Shown here in pieces: positions 19,592 through 28,575 of a DNA stretch of 64,000 nucleotides. Positions within the stretch are counted from its first letter, which is position 1. The number at the start of each line of letters is the position of its first letter. The position numbers and the translations under genes are program-made. The notes below the pieces were generated by a model. The model was not told the origin of the DNA. It did no database searches and saw nothing but the letters and a program-made list of their open reading frames with translations. The DNA is from an uncultured Verrucomicrobiae bacterium (GTDB lineage Bacteria; Verrucomicrobiota; Verrucomicrobiia; Chthoniobacterales; Terrimicrobiaceae): NCBI GenBank assembly GCA_963706955.1, contig CAVPOC010000008.1, forward strand, positions 224,001-288,000. The letters are read 5' to 3'.

Positions 19592-19615
19592 TTTTCACGT
19601 GAAAAGGCGTTGACA
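19592..19615 (+). promoter_or_regulatory. 14-bp perfect palindrome adjacent to a consensus -35 hexamer upstream of yebC-rho
   Basis: TTTTCACGTGAAAA (19592-19605) then TTGACA (19610-19615); no clear consensus -10. Confidence 0.5.
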
Positions 19616-19719
19616 ATACACGCCCATTGCATTTCCTTTGCCCATCATTCGATTCGGCGGGCACGTCCGGTGTCGCACTTTTCATCGAATCTAATAGTTT
19701 CCATTCTCAACTAACCCTT

Positions 19720-19771
19720 TGCCAGCTAGGGAGCCCCGCAAGGTCACCTTATGCCGGCATTTTGGATTTTT
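19720..19771 (+). terminator. Hairpin with GCAA loop followed by T-runs in the yebC leader (possible attenuator)
   Basis: TGCCAGCTAGGGAGCCCC-GCAA-GGTCACCTTATGCCGGCA then TTTTGGATTTTT; imperfect stem. Confidence 0.45.
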
Positions 19772-19788
19772 CATAATCAAATACCCTC

Positions 19789-20547
19789 ATGGCCGGCCAC
19801 AGCAAATGGTCGAAAGTCAAGCGTTTCAAGGGGGCCTTGGACGCCAAGCGAGGCAGGCTCTTCTCGAAACTCTCCAAGGAAATTACCGTCGCCGCCAAGC
19901 TAGGAGGAGGCCATCCTGCGAGTAATCCGCGGCTCCGCGCTGCCATTCAGGCTGCCCGGACACAAAGTATGCCTAATGACAACGTTGACCGCGCCATCAA
20001 GAGGGGGACCGGAGAGTTTGGTTCACAGCCGGTGGAGGAAATCGTCTACGAGGGCTATGCTCCAGGAGGCGTGGCTTTGGTCGTCGAAGCGGCCACAGAC
20101 AACAAGAACCGAACCGCGGCGGACATTCGCTCCATCTTCGCCAAAAATCACGGCAACCTTGCCGGGCCGGGGAGCGTATTGTTTTTGTTCCATCGCAAAG
20201 GGCAGATAACCATTCCCCTCTCCCTAACCGGTGAGAATCATTTGTTCGAAATCGCCGCGGAAGCAGGCGCAGACGACCTCACGACCGACGATGAACATCA
20301 CATTATTACGACTCCGCCCGACCAACTCTACGCCGTTTCGGAAGCCTTGAAAAAGGCTTCTATCGAACCCGATTCCCAGAGACTCACCTATGTTGCCGAA
20401 TCTTCCGTAGCCATCGAGGATCCGAAAACCGCCGTCCAGGTTCTGCGACTCTGCGACGCTCTCGACGACTGCGACGATGTCCTTAGCGTTCACACGAACT
20501 TCGATATCCCAGAGGGCATCCTCGCTGAGGTCCAGGAAGAACTTTAA
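19789..20547 (+). CDS. yebC: YebC/PmpR (TACO1) family protein
   Basis: MAGHSKW, NPRLR, YEGYAPGGV, TDNKNRT, DDV..VHTN. Confidence 0.96.
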   Translation: MAGHSKWSKVKRFKGALDAKRGRLFSKLSKEITVAAKLGGGHPASNPRLRAAIQAARTQSMPNDNVDRAIKRGTGEFGSQPVEEIVYEGYAPGGVALVVEAATDNKNRTAADIRSIFAKNHGNLAGPGSVLFLFHRKGQITIPLSLTGENHLFEIAAEAGADDLTTDDEHHIITTPPDQLYAVSEALKKASIEPDSQRLTYVAESSVAIEDPKTAVQVLRLCDALDDCDDVLSVHTNFDIPEGILAEVQEEL

Positions 20548-20552
20548 TTACC

Positions 20553-21926
20553 ATGACTGAAGAAAATACGAATCTCGAAGCGGTCGGAACTCAGCCGACC
20601 CCTAAGCGCCTCTCCCGCAAAAGCGCTCCTCCGCGCACGAGGCAGAAACGGTCTTCGCGAAAACCAAAAGTCTCCGAGAATGGTACCACCCCTCCGACTG
20701 AGGAAGTCGCTGCACCGGTGGATGCGCCGCCGACTGTGCAAATGTCTGAGCCGGTTGCGAGTGATCCTCCATCGGTTGAAACGGCTCCACCGGCTGTTGT
20801 TCCACTGCAGCCGCCGCCGGCTCCGCCGACTTATGCCGAAGGCGTCGTTGAGGTCTCCGGCAAGGGGTTTGGCTTCCTCCGCGAGCCTCGGCGAAACTTC
20901 TCGCAGTCCAACAACGATGTTTTCGTCACTCCCGAGGTGGTGCGCAAGCACGCCCTGCGCGATGGCATGTGGATCAAAGGTGAGACCAGGCGTGGCAGTC
21001 GCGGGCCACAACTCTTCAAGTTGGTCGAGATCGAGGGGCGCGATCCTGAGCGCTTTCAGAATCTACCCGTCTTCGAAGAGCTGACTACCATTAGTCCCAA
21101 CAAGAGAATTCGTCTTGAGACGACGACCGACCGCTATACGACGCGGGTGATGGATCTCATGACTCCCATTGGCAAGGGGCAACGCGGCTTGATTGTCGCT
21201 CCGCCGCGAACCGGTAAGACAACTCTTCTCCAGCACATCGCCGACGCGGTGGTCAAAAACCACCCGGAGATGAAGCTGATCATCCTGCTGGTGGATGAGA
21301 GGCCCGAGGAGGTCACCGAAATTCGCCGCTCGGTGCCGAGCGCGGAGCTGATGGCCAGTTCCAACGATTCCGATATCAAGACGCACACTCGCATCGCTCA
21401 ACTCGCTGCCGAACGGGCCAAGCGGCTGGTGGAAATGGGGCAGGACGTCTTCATGTTGATGGACTCGCTTACCCGGATTGGTCGCGCCTTCAATAATGCT
21501 CAGGGCGGCGGCGGCCGCACCATGTCTGGGGGCGTGGACTCGCGCGCCCTCGAGATCCCGCGCAAGATCTTCGCCGCCGCTCGAAATACCGAAGAGGCCG
21601 GCTCGTTAACAATCATGGCCACCGCCTTGATCGAGACCAACAGTAGGATGGACGAGTTGATCTTTCAGGAGTTCAAGGGGACGGGGAACATGGAGCTCGT
21701 TCTCGACCGAAAAATCAGTGATCAGCGCATTTACCCGGCCGTTGACATCTTCCTGTCAGGAACGCGACGCGAGGAGCTCCTGCTCTCGGCAGAGGATCTT
21801 CACAAAATAAGCGTCATTCGGCGCGGTCTGGCCGGCCACAAGCCCATCGAAGCGATCGAGCGATTACTGTTCTTCATACGTAAGTATCCGACCAACGTGG
21901 AGCTGATCAGGAACATTCCCGGTTGA
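20553..21926 (+). CDS. rho: Transcription termination factor Rho, paralog 1 (disordered N-terminus)
   Basis: [60 protein letters not shown]. Confidence 0.95.
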   Translation: MTEENTNLEAVGTQPTPKRLSRKSAPPRTRQKRSSRKPKVSENGTTPPTEEVAAPVDAPPTVQMSEPVASDPPSVETAPPAVVPLQPPPAPPTYAEGVVEVSGKGFGFLREPRRNFSQSNNDVFVTPEVVRKHALRDGMWIKGETRRGSRGPQLFKLVEIEGRDPERFQNLPVFEELTTISPNKRIRLETTTDRYTTRVMDLMTPIGKGQRGLIVAPPRTGKTTLLQHIADAVVKNHPEMKLIILLVDERPEEVTEIRRSVPSAELMASSNDSDIKTHTRIAQLAAERAKRLVEMGQDVFMLMDSLTRIGRAFNNAQGGGGRTMSGGVDSRALEIPRKIFAAARNTEEAGSLTIMATALIETNSRMDELIFQEFKGTGNMELVLDRKISDQRIYPAVDIFLSGTRREELLLSAEDLHKISVIRRGLAGHKPIEAIERLLFFIRKYPTNVELIRNIPG

Positions 21927-21959
21927 AATCACTAAGCTGTCGGTCATTGCGATTGGTTC

Positions 21960-22020
21960 TGTAACGGCCGTGTCCTCACGGCCGAGGGCTCTTCCAGCGG
22001 TGGGGGCACCGCCGCCTACA
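21960..22020. repeat. REP-like inverted doublet 1
   Basis: TGTAAC-GGCCG-TGTCCTCA-CGGCC and, inverted, TGTAGGC-GGCGG-TGCCCCCA-CCGC; between convergent rho and trpD. Confidence 0.75.
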
Positions 22021-22022
22021 AG

Positions 22023-23027
22023 TCAGCCGGCCTTGCGAAGACGTTGCAACACATCGTGAGCCGAACCGTCGTCGAGGGCGCTAGCCGCCATTGTCATTGC
22101 CGCTGGTAAATCGGGCGCACGTCGGGAAACGACCAAGGAACACGCGGCATTGAGAACGACCATGTCGCGGCGCGGGCCGACATCTTTTCCTAGCAGAATG
22201 GCTTCCAGGGATTCTGCGTTTTCCTGGGCGTGGCCTCCCCGTAAATCCTCGATCCTGGCGGGAGCAACGTCGAGGTCCTCAGGTCGGATGACAAAGTGCC
22301 GAATGGCTCCGTCTTCCAGCGCATGAATCTCCGAGGGGCCGAGGGTGGAGACCTCGTCAAGGCCGCCCGAGCCATGCACCGCCCAACCACACTGGCGGCC
22401 CAGCAACTTGAAAGCCTCGGCATAGAGTGGCAGCAATTTGCCGTCAAAGACACCGGCTAATTGAAACTCCGGTCGTGCAGGATTCAGCAGCGGTCCGAGC
22501 AGGTTGAAGATCGTCGCGCTACCCTCCTCGGCCAGGACCTTGCGCACGGGCGCGACCGTCTTGAAAGCGGGATGGAAAAGCGGCGCAAAGAGAAAGCAAC
22601 AACCCGCCGCCGCCAAGGCGGTTTCCGGAGGCAAGTCGATGCGAACTCCCAATGCCTCCAGCACGTCCGCGCCACCGCATTTCGAAGTTATCCCGCGATT
22701 TCCATGTTTGACGACACGGGCGCCACACGCCGCGGCTACGAACATTACCGCGGTAGAAACGTTGAAAACCCCCGCCCTGTCTCCGCCCGTTCCGCAGACG
22801 TCCAGCAGGCCAGGACCGAGCAGGGTTCGACGACTGCGATTCAGCAGCACATCAACGAAGCCGACCACTTCCGACGCCGTTTCCCCCTTGGCGTGGAGAG
22901 CACGGAGAAAATCGGCGCGTTCGGAAAGCTCAACACTTTCGTCAAAGAGCGACTCACATGCCGTGACCACGTCAGCGCTCGTGAGCTCGTGCCCGAGACG
23001 AAGTTTTTCCGTAAGCGTCACCAACAT
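22023..23027 (-). CDS. trpD: Anthranilate phosphoribosyltransferase
   Basis: DVCGTGGD...FNVST, KHGNR..TSKCGGAD, FNLLGPL.NP, GLDE. Confidence 0.96.
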   Translation of the reverse strand: MLVTLTEKLRLGHELTSADVVTACESLFDESVELSERADFLRALHAKGETASEVVGFVDVLLNRSRRTLLGPGLLDVCGTGGDRAGVFNVSTAVMFVAAACGARVVKHGNRGITSKCGGADVLEALGVRIDLPPETALAAAGCCFLFAPLFHPAFKTVAPVRKVLAEEGSATIFNLLGPLLNPARPEFQLAGVFDGKLLPLYAEAFKLLGRQCGWAVHGSGGLDEVSTLGPSEIHALEDGAIRHFVIRPEDLDVAPARIEDLRGGHAQENAESLEAILLGKDVGPRRDMVVLNAACSLVVSRRAPDLPAAMTMAASALDDGSAHDVLQRLRKAG

Positions 23028-23092
23028 AGTTCAAGAGAGGATGCAAACCATTGCCGCAAAGCGCAAGAGCTTGGAGCAGATGACCGCGCGAG

Positions 23093-23755
23093 TCACGTGC
23101 GCGCGAGAAACTCGAGGAACTCTTCCGCGCTCCATTGCCCGGGAATCTGCGACTTGTCGAGCCAGCCATAGTTCAAAACCGAGCCCGCCTTGGCAAAGAG
23201 CAACCGCGATGCGCGTCCAAAAGCGCCCATTCCCATGACGGCCAGCGGACTCGAGGAACGCTCGAGGAGAGTCAGCAGCCGGGAAACCTCACTGACGCTT
23301 TCCGTCTTCGTCGCAATCTTCAAAATGTTCGCACCGAGATCGCTCATCTTTGCACATGCGTCTTCAAGATCGCCAAGAGAAGGAGTCCTTTGAAAATCGT
23401 GGAATGAAAGTATTAGCGTCTTTGCGTTCTGCAAGACGGCCTCACGAAGATCAGACATGCTTTCCGCTGATCGCAGCTCCAAGTCGATTGCCGCTGCCCC
23501 GGGCAAGAGCGCCAGATAGCTCTCGCGCCGATCGTCGTCACTCATCGACCGAAGGCCGCCCTCCTCCGCGCATCGCACGGTGACGATCGCGGCCACCGGC
23601 AACTCCGCGATTTGTCGCGGCTCCGGCGGCACAGAAAGCGCGTCGACGCGGATCTCAACGGCATTCAGGCCAGGAATTCCAGCCTGCAAAAATCCGTCGG
23701 CAGTGTGGATGACGCCGACTACGTTCGGTCGGCCGGGATCGATGCTTTTTTCCAT
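23093..23755 (-). CDS. aroD: Type I 3-dehydroquinate dehydratase
   Basis: VEIRVD, TVR..EEGG, IDLEL, SFHDF..TP, ILKIA, MGMG..G..SR, PGQ. Confidence 0.9.
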   Translation of the reverse strand: MEKSIDPGRPNVVGVIHTADGFLQAGIPGLNAVEIRVDALSVPPEPRQIAELPVAAIVTVRCAEEGGLRSMSDDDRRESYLALLPGAAAIDLELRSAESMSDLREAVLQNAKTLILSFHDFQRTPSLGDLEDACAKMSDLGANILKIATKTESVSEVSRLLTLLERSSSPLAVMGMGAFGRASRLLFAKAGSVLNYGWLDKSQIPGQWSAEEFLEFLART

Positions 23756-24135
23756 TTGACGCCTCCTGTCGATGCGAGGATAGAACTTCGGTCTTCCGCA
23801 AAAGGCGAGAAGTCCGTTCATGATTGCACAAAGACAGGAAAGCAGCGCTCAGTTCAATGCACTGACTAATGCCGCCCTCCTTGCCTTTTGTCGCGGAAAT
23901 CGCCGTGCAGTCGACGGTCTCTCCAGCAACCGTCTCCTCAGGGTTGAAGACCAGCGATGGGGACATCGTCGCCACAGCTGGCAACCGCGCGTTACGCTCG
24001 GCGGTCGCGCCTGCCAGCCATTGGGTGGTCATCGCGCAAGGCGTAACGCTCTCCGCCTGCCTTTTTCAGGAATCTCTCTCGAGGAACGCTCTAGTTGTTT
24101 ACTCAGACAAGCACTTCATTTAAAATTAGCCGGAC

Positions 24136-24768
24136 ATGCGTTCGCTTAAGCTTCCCTTCCAGATCCTAGCGCCAGCGATTTTCGCGATCAGCACGATCTC
24201 CGCATTTGGGCAGGCGCCAAACACCGAGTTCCGAGTCCTTACCATTCAACCACAGTTCCTGGAATCGCCGGCCTATGGCGGTGTCCGCTACGACAAGCGC
24301 GGCTCAAGGGCCAAGGAGTGGCTCGAAGTTGAAGTAACCTTCGAATGGCAACCGCGTCTAAGGGATCCCAAATACGCGGACGAGTTAACGTTCAACTATT
24401 ATATCTTGCTGAAGAACAAGTCTGCGCTCTATCCCCAGGGAACGCTACTGGTCGGTTCAGTCACGCATACCAGCATCCCTCAGGAACGCGACATGCATTC
24501 GGTCGTTTACATAAGCCCGCGAACCTTAGAACGGTTTTTCGACGGAAGGGTTCCCGGCAATGTCGATCAGGCGCTCGTTGACATCGGAGTGACCGTCACC
24601 AGGCAAGGACAGGAAGTTGCCGCGACCAGCTGGAAGAGCCGCTCCGGGAGCTGGTGGCCGCAATTTCCGCAGACCCCTGGTTTCGTTCTCAATAAGAACG
24701 AAACCCCGTTCGCACCGCTCGCGTGGGACTACTACGAAGCGATCAAGCCGCGCGCCTCCACCCAGTGA
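24136..24768 (+). CDS. Secreted pilus-locus protein (Amuc_1102-like)
   Basis: Signal peptide; WLEVEVTF, VYISP, NKNETPFAPLAWDYYE; first gene of the PilM-to-secretin locus. Family call from recollection and synteny. Confidence 0.7.
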   Translation: MRSLKLPFQILAPAIFAISTISAFGQAPNTEFRVLTIQPQFLESPAYGGVRYDKRGSRAKEWLEVEVTFEWQPRLRDPKYADELTFNYYILLKNKSALYPQGTLLVGSVTHTSIPQERDMHSVVYISPRTLERFFDGRVPGNVDQALVDIGVTVTRQGQEVAATSWKSRSGSWWPQFPQTPGFVLNKNETPFAPLAWDYYEAIKPRASTQ

Positions 24769-24797
24769 GGCAGAGTTCCCATTCTTGAGCCTGGGCG

Positions 24798-26579
24798 ATG
24801 GCCGCACCGTCACGAATTATTACGCTCAACCTCGGCATGCAAACGGTGACGCTTGCCGAGTTTCGCGCGAGCTCGCGCGGTGCGCTTACATTGCTCGCCT
24901 TCGCTCAAGAAGAGCTGATCGCCGATCCGGCGGCAGATGCCACTCGACCTGCGCAAATCGAGGCGGCCGTGAGTGTATTGCGCAAGGCGTTGCGAGTGGG
25001 GTCCAAGGAACGGGTTACCTTCAGCCTCCCCTCGCAGTCGGTCTTTACGCGGTTCGTGAAACTACCCGGTTCTTCCCCAGAAGAGGTGGACTCGATCATC
25101 GGTTTCGAGGCACAGCAAAACGTCCCTTTCCCGATCGATGAAGTTGTCTGGGATTATCAGATCATGGGCGAGGCCAAGGACAATCAATGGGACGTCGTTC
25201 TGGTAGCCATCAAGGCGGATCAGCTTGACGAAATAAATGCCTCCGTCAACAGGGGGGGCCTGAGAGCTCTGACCATTGATGTTGCTCCGATGGCGCTCTC
25301 CAACGCCTTTCGCTACAACTACAGCGAGCTCACCGGATGCTCGCTTCTCATCGACATCGGCGCTCGAACCACAAATCTTATCTTCATCGAGAACAAGCGT
25401 GTCTTCAGCCGCAGCATTCCCGTGGGTGGCAGCACCATTAGCGCCGCCATTGCGAAAGAACTCAAGCAGGACATAACGCTCGGCGAAAAGCTAAAGATCG
25501 AAAAAGGTCTCGTCGGTTTGGGCGGAAACTATGCGGAGCCCGATGATCCGGGCGAAGCCAAAATCTCCAAGATCATCCGGAATACGATGACTCGGCTTCA
25601 CGCTGAAATCGCCCGTTCAATTTCCTTCTATCGACAAAACCAATCCGGCGGTCCTCCGGCCCGCGCGTTTTTGTGCGGTGGCACGGTTACCCTTCCGTAT
25701 ATGGTCGAGTTCTTCAGCGAGAAGCTGCAAATACCGATCGAGCATTTCAATTCATTGCGCAACGTCACCGTAGCCAGTGAGCAGATGGCTTCCCAAGTCG
25801 CGGGACGTGCACATATGCTCGGCGAGGTCGTGGGCTGCGCACTGCGCTTTGTGGGGAACACGCCCATCGAAATCAACGTCCGCCCGCATAGCTTGGTCCG
25901 AGAGCAGGATCTTTCCCGGCGCAGACCGCTTCTGGTCATGGCAGCGATCTGCGCGCTCTTGGCTCCAGCCGGCTGGTGGCTCTACTTTAGCCACGGAACC
26001 ACCGTTACCGAGCAACGGCTTGAAAGCATCACCGTCGAAGTCAACAAGCTGGAAGCGATTGCCAGGCGCTTCGATGCGTTGCAGGGCGAAACCAAACGCC
26101 TCCAGGAGGCCGCCGCACCACTAATTCTCGCCGCCAACGAGCGTTCCGCCTGGGCGGAAATCCTGGAAGAACTCGGTTCAAGGCTGCCGCCGCGCTTCAT
26201 TTGGGTCACCGATCTAAAGCCCTTGTCTGAGGGAAGGCCCTATCCATCCACGGCGAGCACACCATCGCGGACGCCTGTGACCCAGCAGGGCCCGCCGCCC
26301 GGCTCACCGCAGCGATCCGGTCAGACCACCGCCGGGCCCGCGCGCCCGGCGATCGATGCCTTGGAAATCAGCGGCCTTTATCTCGCAAATCCCCCGAACG
26401 AGAAGGAAGCGCGTGTCATTGACGAGTTTGTCGACCAGCTCCAGAAATCCGAAGTCTTCAAGATTGAAGAAAAGGACAAAGCCAAAGCGGTGATCCAGCG
26501 CACGACACCCGATGGCCAGAGCTGGGCGTATGGCTACACCATCGTCCTTCCGCTGCGCAACCCGATCACACTCCCGTGA
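24798..26579 (+). CDS. pilM: PilM-like actin-fold protein fused to a PilN-like TM/periplasmic region (Amuc_1101-like)
   Basis: FEAQQNVPFPIDEVVWDY, LIDIGARTT, EIARSISFY, LCGG; then TM (LLVMAAICALLAPAGWWLYF), coiled coil and WAEILEEL..RLP...WVT. Confidence 0.85.
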   Translation: MAAPSRIITLNLGMQTVTLAEFRASSRGALTLLAFAQEELIADPAADATRPAQIEAAVSVLRKALRVGSKERVTFSLPSQSVFTRFVKLPGSSPEEVDSIIGFEAQQNVPFPIDEVVWDYQIMGEAKDNQWDVVLVAIKADQLDEINASVNRGGLRALTIDVAPMALSNAFRYNYSELTGCSLLIDIGARTTNLIFIENKRVFSRSIPVGGSTISAAIAKELKQDITLGEKLKIEKGLVGLGGNYAEPDDPGEAKISKIIRNTMTRLHAEIARSISFYRQNQSGGPPARAFLCGGTVTLPYMVEFFSEKLQIPIEHFNSLRNVTVASEQMASQVAGRAHMLGEVVGCALRFVGNTPIEINVRPHSLVREQDLSRRRPLLVMAAICALLAPAGWWLYFSHGTTVTEQRLESITVEVNKLEAIARRFDALQGETKRLQEAAAPLILAANERSAWAEILEELGSRLPPRFIWVTDLKPLSEGRPYPSTASTPSRTPVTQQGPPPGSPQRSGQTTAGPARPAIDALEISGLYLANPPNEKEARVIDEFVDQLQKSEVFKIEEKDKAKAVIQRTTPDGQSWAYGYTIVLPLRNPITLP

Positions 26580-27508
26580 ATTGGATTCGAGAAAATTCCT
26601 TCCTTGCGACGCTCACAGCAGTGACCCTCCTTGGCTGTGGAGCTTTAATTTTCCTAATGGTCCAGGCGATGGCGCGATTCGAGGAGACCTCGGAGGTTTA
26701 TGCCCAGGCGGTCCGCAAGCTTCACGCTCTTCAGAATCGCTCGCCGTTTCCAAGTGTCGAGAATCTGGAAAAGAGCCAGCTGCTCAAGGGGCAATACGCG
26801 GAAGAACTGGGGACCCTGCGCGCGCAGCTCGAAAGTATGCAGATGCCCGCTGCTCCGGACATCCAGCCGCAAAGATTTCAGGACGACCTCCGTGCGGCGG
26901 TCAACCTGATCACAGAAAAGGCGGCCGCGGCCGGGGTGGAACTACCCAAAGGCTTTTACCTGGGTTTCAGTCAGTACGCGAATAGCCTTCCGAATGAACG
27001 CGCTGCGCCCGCCTTGGCGCGACAACTCAGCATCATCAACAAGATCGTCACCGATCTCATCGATTTTCGGGTTCGCTCCATCGACAGCCTGGATCGGCTT
27101 CCCTTGCCCGAGGAGTCTGCGACACCGCCGGTTCCCCCGCCAGAACGCGCCGGTCAGCGCGGCAAAGAGGAAGACGCAAGTCCCGTCGGGATCATTCGCC
27201 AACCCTTCGATCTGAGCTTTACCGCGGAACAAGGCAAATTGCGCGTGGCGTTCAATTCATTACTTGGTTCTGACCAGTTTCTTCTCCTTCGCTATCTCAA
27301 TCTCGAGAATACCACTCGCGTGGGACCGCCAATCTCACGAACGGTGGCATCGGGCTCGGGATCGCGCCCCGAGCAAGTCCCGGCTGCCCGGCCCACGAAT
27401 GCCGCTCCCGCCAATAGCTTGAACGTGATTTTGGGTCGCGAATTGGTCAAGGCGTCGATGCGTATTGAAATCATCGACTTTCCACGACCTCAAGAACCCA
27501 AAACATGA
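26576..27508 (+). CDS. PilO-position membrane protein (Amuc_1100-like)
   Basis: GTGA overlap with the pilM stop; N-terminal TM, coiled coil, FYLGFSQY...P...AAP.L..QL, ILGRELV. Confidence 0.72.
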   Translation: MNWIRENSFLATLTAVTLLGCGALIFLMVQAMARFEETSEVYAQAVRKLHALQNRSPFPSVENLEKSQLLKGQYAEELGTLRAQLESMQMPAAPDIQPQRFQDDLRAAVNLITEKAAAAGVELPKGFYLGFSQYANSLPNERAAPALARQLSIINKIVTDLIDFRVRSIDSLDRLPLPEESATPPVPPPERAGQRGKEEDASPVGIIRQPFDLSFTAEQGKLRVAFNSLLGSDQFLLLRYLNLENTTRVGPPISRTVASGSGSRPEQVPAARPTNAAPANSLNVILGRELVKASMRIEIIDFPRPQEPKT

Positions 27509-27515
27509 TTTGGTG

Positions 27516-28448
27516 ATGGATTGGCTTAGAAACAACTACGACAAGGCCATTCTGGCCGCGGCTTGCCTGCTCCTCCTAGTGTGTTGCGCCTTGATCATTG
27601 TCCGCGCCCGGACGTTCCCGGAGCGATTCGCCGGCCGGGACAGCTCTCAGCCGATCGACAACACCATCAAAGCGCTTCCTGCCGACGCTATAAAGATCGC
27701 CCTTAACAAGGGCAAATCGCCGCAAAATTGGATGGGTCACGACGGCTCGCTACTGGTCTCCCGTCCTTACGTTCTGATGGATGGTGCACTGATTGATCCT
27801 CTCGAAGGAAACAAGAACCTCCATGAGCCGATCAAGAACTCCTGGCTCATTAAATACGACCTACCCTACTGGGAAAGTGACATCAAGGAACAAGACACCG
27901 ACACCGATGGCTTCAGCAACCTCGAGGAATATCTGGCCGGTTCCGATCCGCGCGATAAGAACTCAATTCCGCCTTTCTATACGAAGCTGCGCCTTCTGCG
28001 CTTCATCTCGAAACCCTTCCGCCTCATCTTTACCGGCACGCCCGATGACGGACACACCTTTACCATCAATACCAAAGACCGCGGCACCAGAACCCAGTTT
28101 CTGGAGCTTGGCGAGATGATCAGAGGAACTTCATATAAGGTGGTCTCATACGAGAAAAAGACCGAGCGGAGGAATGAAACCGATTTCGACGCCTCCACTT
28201 TGACAATCGAGAATGAGCAGACCGGTCAAAAGATCGTCCTAGTGGCCAACAAAGAGGCCAATGATCCCACCTCCTTCGGCGAGTTTCTCTACGTCTACGA
28301 CAATTCGAAGATCATGGTCAAAAAGGACGATGAATTTTCTCTGCCGCCCGAGCTGGAGAGAAAGTACAAACTCATTGACATTTCAGAGAAGGAAGCCGTA
28401 ATACAAGATCAGAAAACGCGGGAGCAGCATAAGGTTCCTCCCGCTTAA
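27516..28448 (+). CDS. Pilus-locus protein (Amuc_1099-like) with DxDxDG Ca-binding-type motif
   Basis: N-terminal TM; DTDTDGFSNLEEYLAGSDP; beta-rich C-terminus; lies between the PilO-like gene and the secretins. Confidence 0.72.
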   Translation: MDWLRNNYDKAILAAACLLLLVCCALIIVRARTFPERFAGRDSSQPIDNTIKALPADAIKIALNKGKSPQNWMGHDGSLLVSRPYVLMDGALIDPLEGNKNLHEPIKNSWLIKYDLPYWESDIKEQDTDTDGFSNLEEYLAGSDPRDKNSIPPFYTKLRLLRFISKPFRLIFTGTPDDGHTFTINTKDRGTRTQFLELGEMIRGTSYKVVSYEKKTERRNETDFDASTLTIENEQTGQKIVLVANKEANDPTSFGEFLYVYDNSKIMVKKDDEFSLPPELERKYKLIDISEKEAVIQDQKTREQHKVPPA

Positions 28449-28575
28449 ATTTTGAGTGAGAGCCGCTGCCTAAGGTCTGAAGATGCGTGTCCGTCCGTGC
28501 GCATCTATTACCAGATTGGGGGAACATCTCCTCCCTGAACACCCCCGGAAACATTATCGCCCCTCTGCCTTAACG

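Noticed and set aside
23655..24149. Short ORFs in the aroD/pilus intergenic region
   Set aside because: They overlap each other and the flanking genes, show no motifs and have no clear ribosome-binding site.
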